Assembly: GCF_001194135.2 (NCBI RefSeq)
Contig: NC_068984.1
Location: 123,402,934 to 123,446,627, forward strand
Length of the DNA: 43,694 nucleotides
Source: Octopus bimaculoides
Taxonomy: Eukaryota
Direction: 5' to 3'
The translations under genes and the position numbers were made by a program. Positions 10,765 to 22,072 of this stretch are shown piece by piece. Numbering within the stretch: the stretch's first letter is position 1; each line of letters opens with the position of its first letter. The notes under the pieces are model-generated. The model saw nothing but the letters and a program-made list of their open reading frames with translations. It did no database searches and was not told the origin of the DNA.

Positions 10765-11535
10765 ATTACGGAATACAGAAAGTAATTGGAGTTATATAAC
10801 AGAAAAGCATAACGAGGGATCTTTCTTAACACTAACTTTAAGTGTAAGAGGCTCTGGAGGAAAAGGTTGGAGTTTAAGTTATGATCCATTTGAGCACTAC
10901 TCTATGTTATCTACATCACGTTTACTTTGCGTTCCCCTACACACTGCTTATGTATGTATCTATGTATGAGTCCATATGGCCCTCGACTAAGTTTTTTCTC
11001 CCATTAGTTATCATACTGTCTTTTGTTACTGTCATCTGCACCGTGACGGCATATTTCGTGATTGAGGCTCTTAGTGTTCGATTATAAAACCGGATTTGAC
11101 TTCAGTTACTTTTGAATACTAATCAGTTATTTAGGTTAATGTAAATTGAACTCTTTCAGTTGACGTAGTCACCGTCGTAATAACAACAACAACAACAACA
11201 ACCACAACAACAACAACAGCAGCAGCAGCAACAACAACAACAATAGCGGCAAATAAAAACAGTCGTTTCTTTTTATTGTTGTTGCTGTTGTTATCGAACA
11301 GTGAGTCACAATTTCCTATAGCTTTGAAGATTAGTTATATTTGTTGTCGACTTTGCCCATTTAAACCATTTATTATTATTATTATTTTTTTTGCCGTTAA
11401 TGTGTTCTGTCTTGTTGCAGAATTGACCAGCAGCGCTGTATACGCTGGTCGTTTCAATGGCGTCGTTTGTTTATGATGAAGAAGAAAGACATTAAAGGGA
11501 AGAGCAAAACAGAAACAGGAAGTTGGAGATATGAA
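10765..11535 (+). other. Candidate exon-like segments (10765-10951, 11008-~11075, 11421-11535), unassigned
   Basis: AG/GT boundaries (ttacag, gtatgt, cccattag, ttgcag, gtgagc) and open frames. The peptide VIILSFVTVICTVTAYFVIEALS weakly resembles TMEM104. The splice phases do not join cleanly. Confidence 0.2.
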
Positions 11536-11959
11536 GTGAGCATTTCCCTCTTCAGTGGTGGTGACGTTATTATGATCGCCTTCAATTGTGGCACTGCAAT
11601 ATCTCTTCCTCCACCTTTCATCAGCAATTTAAATATGGTGGTAGGAACGATGTCATTGAAAAAACAAAAACAAGAAACAAAAGAACAAATACAACAAAAA
11701 CATGAATAAATAAAGCAGACGTTTGGTGATTTTAACAAAGGACATAACCATCACCATTACTACCAGAAATATCTTTTCCACCACTACCACCACCACCATC
11801 ACTAGCATCATCTTGCTCACTAACTCCACTACAACCGCTATCGCTAACAGCGCCTTCCGTCCCAGCAGAAGCAGGAATAACAAGCAACAGGAACAAAACT
11901 AGCAACAATAACAATAACAAGAATAACAGCAAACACCCTCTCAAAAAGAAAAACCTTAG

Positions 11960-13490
11960 CTCAAATGATTAATATCTCGAGAATCTATGCGTGGCGGTCA
12001 TTGTCAAAAGCCTTCAGTTAGTCAGTTTATGCTTTCCTTAAAATCTTTCTTTCTCTCGCTACGATCTTCAGTTAAATCTTTTTGATCAAAAATTGATCTT
12101 TATAAGCATGTTAAACCTCTGCAGTATTCCTTCTTCTCCTATGGAAACCTTTCCTTTTCTTATCTATTTGCTTATCCTCCCCAATAGTATTACAGCTAAA
12201 GTTTTGTAAGCTACAGAAGACAGGCTATTTGTCTGTAGTTAGTATTTAGAATCTATTATTTTCTTTCGACTTGGAGACTAATGTAGCCTTCCTCTCAGAG
12301 AGTCAGTCAGGTGTTATTTTCAGCTTCATCAATACCTATTGCTAATTTATATTTTACTTCTCTTGCTGTTGGTGTTGGATTGATTTCTATTTTATTTTTA
12401 ATTAGTTCTGTATTAAAGTTTTTCTTAGAGTCTTGTTTTGTTTAAAAAATCATTGTTGCTTTTTATGCCGACATACTCTTTGTGATTTAACGAAGATCTC
12501 TTGTTTCAAGCCTTCTTTGATTTCAGTGACTTCTTTTCTGTTATCTTATATTTCTTTAGCATTTGTCTTTCTGCTTCTTTCAGTTCTTTCTTTTCATTAT
12601 TGATCTCATTAGGAATTGAGAGATCTTTTGTCTTATTTTCTTTTCTGTATATTTGTTGTCCACGTTGTTCGTTTGGGTTTTGATATTCCCATATGAGTAG
12701 ATCTGAGAGAGCATCCACTTTCTTTTGTAATTACAGTAGATGCCGTATGTATGATTTCGTTTAACCTTGTGATATTGATGTTCGTATCTGTTTACAATTA
12801 TGATAGTCAGGTCTGTGTATTTTATTGTTGTTGCTATTTTATTGTGAATATTATCACTGGGAGATGCTTTCCTTATTAGCCGATAGGCCGATCATCTATT
12901 GTTTTAAATTTTTTGTTTTCTCTTTTATATTGTCATGTTCATGACTTCGACGTTTAGAATTTTTTATTCATAAATTTTCCTCATATTTCCATTTAATTAT
13001 ATTTTTGTTCCTGTTGCTTAGGTTTGGTTCTTCTTGGTCAGTATTCTGTATTCTAGGGATTGATTTTTTTTGTATTTTCTAATTCATATTGGTTGGTTTG
13101 CATGCAATAGGCTTTTCCCAAAGTTTTATCAACGCTGCTTTTCTTTTTGACGGTTAGTGTGGGTGTGCATGCCTGGGGCTGTTGATTGCTAATACTTGTA
13201 CAATGCATTTTTTCTTTATAAGTGTTTTATTTCGATTTCTGTTATTTTTTGCCCTTGTGAGTGTATCTTAAGTCAGTTAGTCCTTTTGGGATCCAACGTT
13301 ACGTTTATATACAGGCTATTTCCTTTTCAAATATTATATAAATTGTACTTAGTTTTTTTGTTGTTGTTGTAGTTATGCTTTTATGTAGAGTTGAGCTGTA
13401 GAGTAGGCATGTAGAGTAGAAACGTATTTCCCACTTGTATCTTTATATCCTTTAATTTTATCTTTAATTTTTATATTATTTCTATTTTTG
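11960..13490 (-). mobile_element. Highly decayed RTE-like LINE ORF (endonuclease through N-terminal RT)
   Basis: Minus-strand remnants NYRQIACLLVAYKTLAVILLGR and KAFDNDR (RT domains 1-3); the coding strand is A-rich upstream. Many stops. Confidence 0.6.
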
Positions 13491-13979
13491 AAAGACTTGA
13501 GAAGTAAAGTTCGACCACTTATTTAGATTCTCATTAATTTTTTTTTTTTCAGATACCGGTTTGTTTCGAGCGATGTCAAGTTTTGAAAACTCAATTTTTC
13601 GGACTTTTTTTTAATATATTAGACCCCAAAGTACACAATCCCTAATTAACTTCGGGTGGAATGAGGCGGTTTGTATTTGTATACTTTGTCATTTTGTGGA
13701 GTACGGAATCAGACTAGTGTTGATATGGAATGTGCTCAATTAGTTTCTTTATATGGGATGCCGCATCACCGGCTACTACGAGATTTCTATACATAAGCTA
13801 TGTGAGTTAATGTTGAATACATTTTTCAGGCAATACTCACACAGTTATTCTTCAGCATTTTAGCCATTTTTTTCGATTTGAATTGCATTTTCGGAGCAGT
13901 CAAATAGCATTCTCTCATGTTAAACATTTCGAACATCTCAAAGTTCTTGTTAATAATAATGATATTGATGATGACGAAA

Positions 13980-14040
<61 letters not shown>

Positions 14041-14042
<2 letters not shown>

Positions 14043-14555
14043 GCCCTGATGAGGTACCAGACAGTGGCTCTCATGGCTTCTGATCTTAACTGACTGGAAG
14101 TGTTATCATGTACATGTTTTGTCTTGGTATAAAAGATGGGCTACAGCAAATATTCTGCTCAATACCACAGATTTTCTTGTCAGTTGTTTAACCGTAACCA
14201 GTTGAGCATGTCCCTTGGTGGTTGACGATATGCGCATCTCTGATCACGAGCAGAAATAGTGGGGGAGCGTCGTAGCCATGTGTTGAGAGCAATTTTTGGG
14301 GGTTTGGATAATTCACCTCGTGAGTGTTTCATTCAGCATCCTTAAACAACCCTCATTCAGGGAGCTTTTGAGCGGGATGGGCTACTCGAAAGGAAGAAAA
14401 TTCTAACTAGGCTCCTCCTGCAAAGTCATGCACTGTTTTATTTTGATACGAGTTCACGTCACGCACTCTTATCAGACGAGTAGTCATGATGGGTATACTG
14501 GGCTTCGTATATTTTACTCGGTGTCACTTTGATGGAATGCACTGCTCTCTCACTC
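14041..14555 (+). mobile_element. ~520-bp non-coding interspersed element embedded in (AAT)n, copy 1
   Basis: Homologous to 25653-26146 (-) and 35335-35829 (+). All three end in ctctcac(t/c)c followed by (AAT)n. This copy also has (AAT)n on its 5' side. Confidence 0.9.
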
Positions 14556-14604
<49 letters not shown>

Positions 14605-14654
14605 GATGACGACGACGACGATAATAATACATTATAAAGATAAATGAGATTAGA

Positions 14655-14845
14655 GAGAGTTGGGCTCTGCTCAATTTGAATGAGACGAAAGCTTTCGATA
14701 AGGTCGAACATCGTGACGGAAAGCATTCGGTGTTTGCGCTCGGTTTAAGTGTCTAGATTGCTGCAATATACAGCGGCCTCTACTCGGTGGTCACAGTAAG
14801 CATCTACATCTCGGAACCGTTATGTGTCACGCGCCCAGTCCATCT
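14655..14845 (+). mobile_element. Tx1/L1-clade RT fragment
   Basis: ALLNLNETKAFDKVEH...IAAIYSGLYSVVTVSIYISEPLCVTRPVH resembles L1/Tx1 RT domains 3-4 (D-x-x-K-A-F-D-R-V-x-H). Confidence 0.75.
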
Positions 14846-15129
14846 TTTTTGCTCTTCAACTCCTTCCATGAGACTTGGAATGCCACTAAACTTCGTGCCA
14901 ATGTTACGCGCGTTCATATTTGGTAGTCAAATGAAGAAAGATTCTCGATCAGGCAAGGAGTATGAATACCAATGGTTTATCTATTTCTCCTATTACTAGT
15001 GAAGAATTGGAATTGACAAGAGTATCGTATATGTTGATGCTGTGAATAAAGCTAGTCTGACAAAAGAATACTTCAGCAAATTTCTAAAGTGGATACACGT
15101 ATTACTTAGACTTATATAGAATCAAATCA

Positions 15130-15320
15130 ACCTCATCATAGAAGGACCCATAAGTGGTAGCTAGAAATAGCAGCACAATCTATCTTAAATCACACCCACG
15201 TCTTAATACAGGACGAATACATTAAATAATGTAGCCCTGTGGTCATTAAAATACTGTATGACCGTGGCTTAAGTATTTTCCTATCGGAGTTAACTCGGGA
15301 CTAAGCAACATCCTACTTGC
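15130..15320 (+). mobile_element. Interspersed repeat family E (gctagaaatagcagccaaatc core)
   Basis: Related diverged copies at ~23285-23420 (-), ~23610-23770 (-) and ~24715-24890 (+). Confidence 0.6.
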
Positions 15321-15524
15321 AGTATTGATCTTTAAAAGCATGTAGTATAGATTTATACTTAGCGTTAAGTGACTGTATCGGCTGTAAACAGAAATAGTAA
15401 TTGCAATAGGATACGAACCAACCATTTACCCAACCCTTAGCTCGTTGTCCCGTATCCTTATAACTCAAAAATACTTGCTCTCATTTAACGAACTATGTCA
15501 ATATGTATATAGTGATATGCACAT

Positions 15525-15955
15525 ATTGGCCAGCAGTTTTGGGGAAGGGCTCAACTCGATTAAATGGCCCCCAAGTGCTCAACTGGTACTTGTTTTATCG
15601 ACCCAGAATGGATGAAAGGCAAAGTCGACCTTGGCCAAATTTGAACCCAGAACGTAAAGGCATTTACCCCGTCGTGCTAACGATTCTGCCGGCTCGCCGC
15701 CTGAAGTAACGTTCCTTCCCGCGTCATATAGACTTATAGGGCCGGTTTCTTAGTTTCCACGGTGTATATATTCCCCACTTGGACGGGACGCCGGTCCATT
15801 GCAGAATTACACATGTTTGCCAGCTGAGCGGATTGAAGCAACGTGAAATAAAGTGTTTTGCTCAAGCGCACAACGCGTCGCCCGGTCCAGGAATCGAAAC
15901 CATAATCTTACGATCATGAATCCAACTCCCTAACCCCTAAACCAAGTGCTTCCAC
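15525..15955 (-). mobile_element. Adjacent SINEs: family B (15525-15706) and family C (15705-15955)
   Basis: Family B core gaaaggcaaagtcgacc...gattctgccggctcgccgcc. Family C core gaagcaacgtgaaataaagtgttttgctcaag...ggaatcgaaacc (B-box). Confidence 0.8.
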
Positions 15956-15977
15956 ATATTGATATACACGGTTCTAA

Positions 15978-16082
15978 GTAATTTGACTCCTAGTAATTTC
16001 ACACCCGGTATTTTGGCTCCGTTAATTTGAATCCCAGTAATTTGACTTCCAGTCAATTCCACTCCCGGTAATTTCACTCCTA
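15978..16082. repeat. 15-bp degenerate minisatellite (gtaatttgactccca), about 7 copies
   Basis: Units gtaatttgactccta / gtaatttcacacccg / gtattttggctccg / ttaatttgaatccca / gtaatttgacttcca / gtcaattccactcccg / gtaatttcactccta. Confidence 0.85.
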
Positions 16083-16084
16083 AT

Positions 16085-16250
16085 ATTAGAAAAAAGAAGA
16101 ATAAGACCGATAGAATTAGTATGAGGCTTAAAAAAATAATGGAGTCGATTCATTCGAGTAAATAAATTTTACCAAGGCGGTGCCCCAGCATGGCTGCAGT
16201 CTAATGACTGAAACAAGTAAAAGATAAAAGATAAAAGATAAAAGAATAAC
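16085..16250 (+). mobile_element. SINE family A, 3' part
   Basis: aaggcggtgccccagcatggctgcagtctaatgactgaaacaagtaaaagataaaagataaaagataaaaga. Confidence 0.85.
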
Positions 16251-16544
16251 ATGCATCTAAGTGAAGGCACGATTTCTAATGTTTCCACGAGGAGCAGACA
16301 ATATGTCTAAATACCGCTGTTGTAAGACAAAGTATTTTGGTCGTCCAAAAACCAACGAATACCAATAAAAGACAAAAAAAATTGTTTATCGATTTAGCGA
16401 GCTTGAGTAATATCACTATATGAAGAAGAGTATTGGATGTTTTCATACACCGCTGGTCACAATGCGCTTCTTCGTGTTGTTATAACTTTCTAATNNNNNN
16501 NNNNCAATGCGCTTCTTCGTGTTGTTATAACTTTCTAATGATGC

Positions 16545-16758
16545 CATCCCGCTGGCTAGGTGGGCAGGTGAAAACCTGTCTCCCCTGAATTAGAACGCCA
16601 GTCCGTCGCTGGGTTACCAATTTACAGCTGAGTGGACTGGGGTAATGTTAAATGAAGTGTTTTGCCTCGAGAATCCAACTCACCGCCGGTCTAGGAATCG
16701 AAACCACGATTTTGCGACCGTGAGTGCAGCACCCTGATCAGTAGGCTACGCGCCTTAA
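16545..16758 (-). mobile_element. SINE family C-like
   Basis: ttacagctgagtggactgg...gtgttttgcctcgag...ggaatcgaaaccacg...ctacgcgcctt, homologous to 15705-15955 and 24030-24352. Confidence 0.75.
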
Positions 16759-16866
16759 CTTGAGCGATATATAAGTGGTAATATCAATGCTTTCCCTTCT
16801 AACAAACACTATGGATCATACTGAGTGTACATTATTTAACCCTTCTAATTTCAGCGATGTCGTTTA

Positions 16867-17738
16867 TATACGACTTTATTTTTTCCCGCCAAAAATAATG
16901 CCGCGTGAGCAAAATCTTTTGAGTGGGATGTGACGGCACCCTTCATGCGCATGCGTGAAAATTCTCGTGCTGGCAGGCCGCAGCAGCTCCCGGCTATTAC
17001 ACCTAGAGTACTGATGGGTAGTGCAGTTCCCGGCTGGTATACCTCGAGTACAGATGATTTCACTCAAGGTGACCGAATGCGTCGAGCAGAGACCATATGT
17101 CTATGTCTCATCATCAGTGATGATAGTCTCCATGAAGTCTGAGTAGTAGTTTGCACAGTCCAGCATGTCCTGAGCGATTTCCATGCGGAGTTGTTTTTGT
17201 TGTTCCGCCAGTACCTTTAAGACGAATTTCGCTAGTACGCTTCACATGCACAAATCTTCTGTTGAGCAATTTCGTGGATCGTTGCACGACGGTCTTCCAT
17301 GACTATTCGCCGAACCTTCTCAATCAGCTACTCGTTTCGACTTGTGGATGGCCTGCCTGAGCGTGTCTCGCCCTCCACTGAGGTGCAGCCATGTTTGAAG
17401 CGATTGTACCACTACTTGATCTGAGTTTTGCCTATGGCATCATCGCCAACGGCCTGCTGAATCTTCTGGATTGTTTGAGCTTAAGTATCATCAAGCTTTT
17501 CGCAAAACTTGATGCAATATCTCTGCTCGATGCGTTCGGTGAAAACGAAAATCCGACAAGAGGGGCAATACACGACAGTACTCTAGGCATAACAGCCGGG
17601 AACTAACGCGACCTACCGGCGCGAAAATTTCCATCCATTTGCAGAAAGGGAGGCGTCACCTCCTACCCAAAGGATTTGTACACGCAGTATTAGTTTTCGC
17701 AGGAAGAATAAAGTCGGATACATTTTCAACGCACCTCG
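16867..17738 (-). mobile_element. Non-autonomous mariner derivative: 5' half of transposase plus an inverted copy of its own 5' end
   Basis: Minus strand TERIEQRYCIKFCEKLDDT...WYNRFKHG...RSGRPSTSRNE...DFMETIITDDET; TIR tacgaggtgcgttgaaaatgtatccgact. 16867-17090 is a plus-strand copy of the 5' end that includes the codons VTECVEQR. Confidence 0.88.
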
Positions 17739-18070
17739 TATGTATTAGATTCTAATTCTTATCGTTGGAAATAATATATGCAAAAGATACACAAATGAAG
17801 GTTGTGTTCATAAGTGTTTTGTTGGGATGAAAAAAACAAACTAGTTAATATTTAAATAATAATGACAAAAACAACATCCTTTAGTTCATAATTTTAATCC
17901 CAGCATCAATAGTTTCTTCACTTCTCAAACAAAAAGAAAATGCAAGAAAAACAGTACACATGCATTTAGGTGTGTCTATGTAACAAAACACATATGCGCT
18001 AATAATTAATGGGAAAATGAACTGCATGCTGTCAACCAAGGCGGAATGAGCAAGTCTACATTAGCTACAC

Positions 18071-18071
<1 letters not shown>

Positions 18072-18150
<79 letters not shown>
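18072..18150. repeat. (CA)n microsatellite
   Basis: Directly visible. Confidence 0.97.
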
Positions 18151-18152
<2 letters not shown>

Positions 18153-18542
18153 CCAGAAAAGCAGGGACGCACGCAAATACACAAGTATAGGCACAGTATA
18201 TTACTTTTTACCTTTATAATAATCAACTTAAGATCTAGCTAACACAATTACGAAAGCTAATATATTTTTTTTGATTGATAATAAAATCTATGAAAGAAGA
18301 CTATGCGATGAAGTCAGATACACACACATAGTGACGTGTACAAACGCTTATGCGCACAAACACCGAGTTGGACACATACAAACATAAACACAATCAGTGT
18401 AATATTTTATCTTTCTAATTATTGACTTGAGATCTAGCAAACAGAAGTACAAACGATAATTTGTTAATTAATAATATAATGTATTTAAGAAGACCAAGAG
18501 ACGAAGACAAAGACGGACACATATACGAACGTACATATTAAG

Positions 18543-18680
18543 TGGCGCAGGCGTGGCTGTCTGATAAGAAGCTTGCTTCACAACTACATGGTTACGTGAG
18601 TCTGCGTTCAGTCGCATTTCGTGGCACCATGGGTAAGCGTTTTCTTCTGGAGCCTCGAGCTGACAAACGCCTTGTGAGTT
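18543..18680 (+). mobile_element. SINE family A, diverged 5' part
   Basis: ggcgcaggcgtggctgtctgataagaagcttgcttcacaactacatggtt...gccttgtgagt. Confidence 0.8.
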
Positions 18681-18749
18681 CGCCACTACATTCCTCCGCG
18701 TTACAAATTTAATTTGTTTCTGCGGGAAGAGCCATTCTAACAATGCGTC

Positions 18750-18960
18750 CTGCCCTAACTCTTCGAAACGCTTAATTTTAGAATGGTGGCAGCTGATGAA
18801 GGAAATGTTCTCTATGTGGCATGTGTGTTTTCTGTGCTCTGTTTATGTTCTGTTTCTCATTTTGTCCACGTCCTGTACCCAGATATGCATCTATATATAC
18901 ATGTAGATGTAGGTATGTACATACATGTACGTATATATGCATATACTAACATATTATTTG
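18750..18960 (+). repeat. Dispersed ~210-bp repeat, copy 1 (copy 2 at ~33367-33590)
   Basis: Both copies share ctgccctaactcttcgaaacgc...gaatggtggcagctgatgaaggaaatgttctctat...ccagatatgcatctatatatac...gtacatacatgtacgtatatatgcatatact. Confidence 0.85.
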
Positions 18961-19473
18961 TATTACACACACACACACACACACANNNNNNNNNNNNNNN
19001 NNNNNNNNNNNNNNNNNNNNNNNNNNNNNNNNNNNNNNNNNNNNNNNNNNNNNNNNNNNNNNNNNNNNNNNNNNNNNNNNNNNNNNNNNNNNNNNNNNNN
19101 NNNNNNNNNNNNNNNNNNNNNNNNNNNNNNNNNNNNNNNNNNNNNNNNNNNNNNNNNNNNNNNNNNNNNNNNNNNNNNNNNNNNNNNNNNNNNNNNNNNN
19201 NNNNNNNNNNNNNNNNNNNNNNNNNNNNNNNNNNNNNNNNNNNNNNNNNNNNNNNNNNNNNNNNNNNNNNNNNNNNNNNNNNNNNNNNNNNNNNNNNNNN
19301 NNNNNNNNNNNNNNNNNNNNNNNNNNNNNNNNNNNNNNNNNNNNNNNNNNNNNNNNNNNNNNNNNNNNNNNNNNNNNNNNNNNNNNNNNNNNNNNNNNNN
19401 NNNNNNNNNNNNNNNNNNNNNNNNNNNNNNNNNNNNNNNNNNNNNNNNNNNNNNNNNNNNNNNNNNNNNNNNN

Positions 19474-19840
19474 TGAGATCACATAGACAGTATTTTACGT
19501 AGGATATGGGCAGTTCCCATGAGCACTATCTTTTGAACTTCAGCCATTTTGGGGTTTCCTGGTATCTGAGCTAGGTAGTAATCAGCCCGTTTCGCTGTCA
19601 TTTCCAGGGCACCTATGACAATAGGTATTGTTTTCGTCTTCAGATTCCACATTTTGCTAATTTCTATTTCAAGATCTTTATATTTGCTCAGTTTTTGGTA
19701 GGTCTTGACAGATACGTTTATATCGATTGGGACAGTCATATCAATGAGGAGGCATGATTTTTGTCTGAAGTCTTTCAGTATGATGTCTGGCCTATTTGCG
19801 TCTATCTTTCTGTCAGTTTGAATGGTGAAGTTCCAGAGGA
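19474..19840 (-). mobile_element. R4/Dong-like retrotransposon 3' coding end (RLE domain), 5'-truncated at (TAA)n
   Basis: Open frame ILWNFTIQTDRKIDANRPDIILKDFRQKSCLLIDMTVPIDINVSVKTYQKLSKYKDLEIEISKMWNLKTKTIPIVIGALE...GTAHILRKILSM* has the classic RPD...D...KxxKY RLE motif. Confidence 0.93.
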
Positions 19841-20353
19841 TTATTATTATTATTATTATATATGTATATATATATATATAGATGCATATGTTCCTCTTAT
19901 AGTCTGTGCATGCTTGGTTAAACGCAAGATGAATTACCAGGTTTTATTTTGGCCATTCCGAAGGTGTTAACTGATTGTAACAAATACACAATGCTATATG
20001 TATGACCACACATGCTGGTTATATGAGAACCTGGTGCATTCGCTTGGTTCATCGGGTCAGACTTCCACACGGTAGTGTTTTACTCTATAAAAAGAAAGAA
20101 AAATTAATGCCAAATAAAGGCTTTCAAATACTTAGTATTATACAAGATAGTGGAAATATACATACATACATACATACATACATACACACATACATACGCG
20201 CGCACGCACACACACACACATACACACACACGTGTATGAATATCAGTTGCAGATCTAATTAGTGCAAAACAAAACTGCTTGAAGCAAGCTTTTAGTGAAA
20301 ACGTACACATTATATATGCAACTGAACACACGCACACACACAAATACACAGAG

Positions 20354-20396
<43 letters not shown>

Positions 20397-20494
20397 CACA
20401 CACACACGCGCACTCACACACACACACACACGAGCGTGTGCGCATGCAGAAACGTACACGCACACATGCACAAATATATGTGCGTATGTATATA

Positions 20495-21321
20495 CAGGGT
20501 AAGATGGGTAAATTGCTGCCATTTTATACTTTTAATTTCGCATTTGCGCATTCTATGTTTTTGATTTTGTTAACTACACAGTATAGTAGGGTCAGTTGGG
20601 TACAGTCTGTGAGAAAAAGAGCACCATGACACAATTTACTCTACCAGAAATATGGAAACGACATGCTGTGCTACTTAGAATTCACGTCGGAAGCTGCAAT
20701 GCGAACGTTTCAGTGTTTGGGTGTCAATCTGATGGCAGTGCCATCTGAGGACATGTACCGAGAGTGATAAAAATCAAACAACCAGTCGTTATCATGGTGT
20801 TTGGAGTGATCGCTAGTGATGGCGACGTTATGCCTCCATTCACCTTCCCACACGACCTTAGACTCCACACGGAGGCCTACATCATGAGCCTGGATGAGGT
20901 AGTGTTGCCAGACATAAGGTCTTCTGCACGATGCCACACAAGCAGGAGAACCCAGTCATTGCTGTCAGACAATTTCTGCGACCACATGACCCTACATCTC
21001 CAGACTACGGCCCCCTTGACTATTATGTGTGGGGCGCAGTTGAGCGAGAGACCAACAAAACTCCTTGTAACACCAAAGATGAACTGAAAGTAAGGATTAA
21101 GGAAGCATTCACCAAGTTAAAGAAGGAGACCATCCAGAAGAGTTGCAGAAGATTCCGAAGTCGTCAGGAGGCCGTGTTCAAAGCCAATGGTGATTTTATT
21201 GAATAAATTTACTCTTTTATTTATTTTTATGTAATTTTGGTAAATATATTTGTTAAAAGGAGATATCAGTGTTATTTTCATTTTTGCGTAACTTAAACGA
21301 CAGTTTATCCACCGCACCATG
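20495..21321 (+). mobile_element. Internally deleted maT/Tc1-type (DD37D-like) transposon with both ends
   Basis: TA|cagggtaagatgggtaaattg ... cagtttatccaccgcaccatg|TA degenerate TIRs. N-terminus MTQFTLPEIWKRHAVLL; C-terminus VMVFGVIASDGDVMPPF...CHTSRRTQS...SPDYGPLDYYVWGAVERETNKTPCNTKDELK...ANGDFIE*. Confidence 0.9.
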
Positions 21322-21363
21322 TATATGTATATATACATACATATATGTACATGTATGTGTGTG

Positions 21364-21414
<51 letters not shown>

Positions 21415-21644
21415 AACTAATACAAAATGGGACNNNNNNNNNNNNNNNNNNNNNNNNNNNNNNNNNNNNNNNNNNNNNNNNNNNNNNNNNNNNNNNNNNN
21501 NNNNNNNNNNNNNNNNNNNNNNNNNNNNNNNNNNNNNNNNNNNNNNNNNNNNNNNNNNNNNNNNNNNNNNNNNNNNNNNNNNNNNNNNNNNNNNNNNNNN
21601 NNNNNNNNNNNNNNNNNNNNNNATATATATATATATATATATAT

Positions 21645-21675
<31 letters not shown>

Positions 21676-21676
<1 letters not shown>

Positions 21677-22072
21677 GCGCAGGAGTGGCTGTGTGGTAAG
21701 AAGCTTGCTAGCCAACTACATGGGTCCGGGTTCAACCCCACTGCGTGGCACCTTGGGCAAGTGTCTTCTACTATAGCCTCGGGCCGACCAAAGCCTTGTA
21801 AGTGGATTTCGTCGACGGAAACTGAAAGCACCACGTCGTATATATGTATATGTATGTGTATGTTATTTGTGTCTGTTTTTGTCCCCCCACCATCGCTTGG
21901 CAACCGATGCTGGTGTGTGTAGGTCCCCGTCACTTTGCGTTTCGGTAAAACAGTCCGATAAAATAAGTACTAGGCTTACAAAGAATAAGTCCTGGGGTCG
22001 ATTTGTTCGACTAAAGGTGGTGCTCCAGCATGGCTGCAGTGAAATGACTAAAACAATTAAAAAAATAAAAGA
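21676..22072 (+). mobile_element. SINE family A, full length
   Basis: Collinear with 1480-1880 in head, core, internal microsatellite and tail. Confidence 0.92.

Noticed and set aside
14041-14075. CTGATGAG as a hammerhead core at the start of the 520-bp element
   Set aside because: No stem II closing onto GAAA follows, and the other two copies do not include this segment, so there is no support.
16460-16540. 35-bp direct repeat caatgcgcttcttcgtgttgttataactttctaat
   Set aside because: It sits on both sides of a 10-N gap; assembly overlap artefact.
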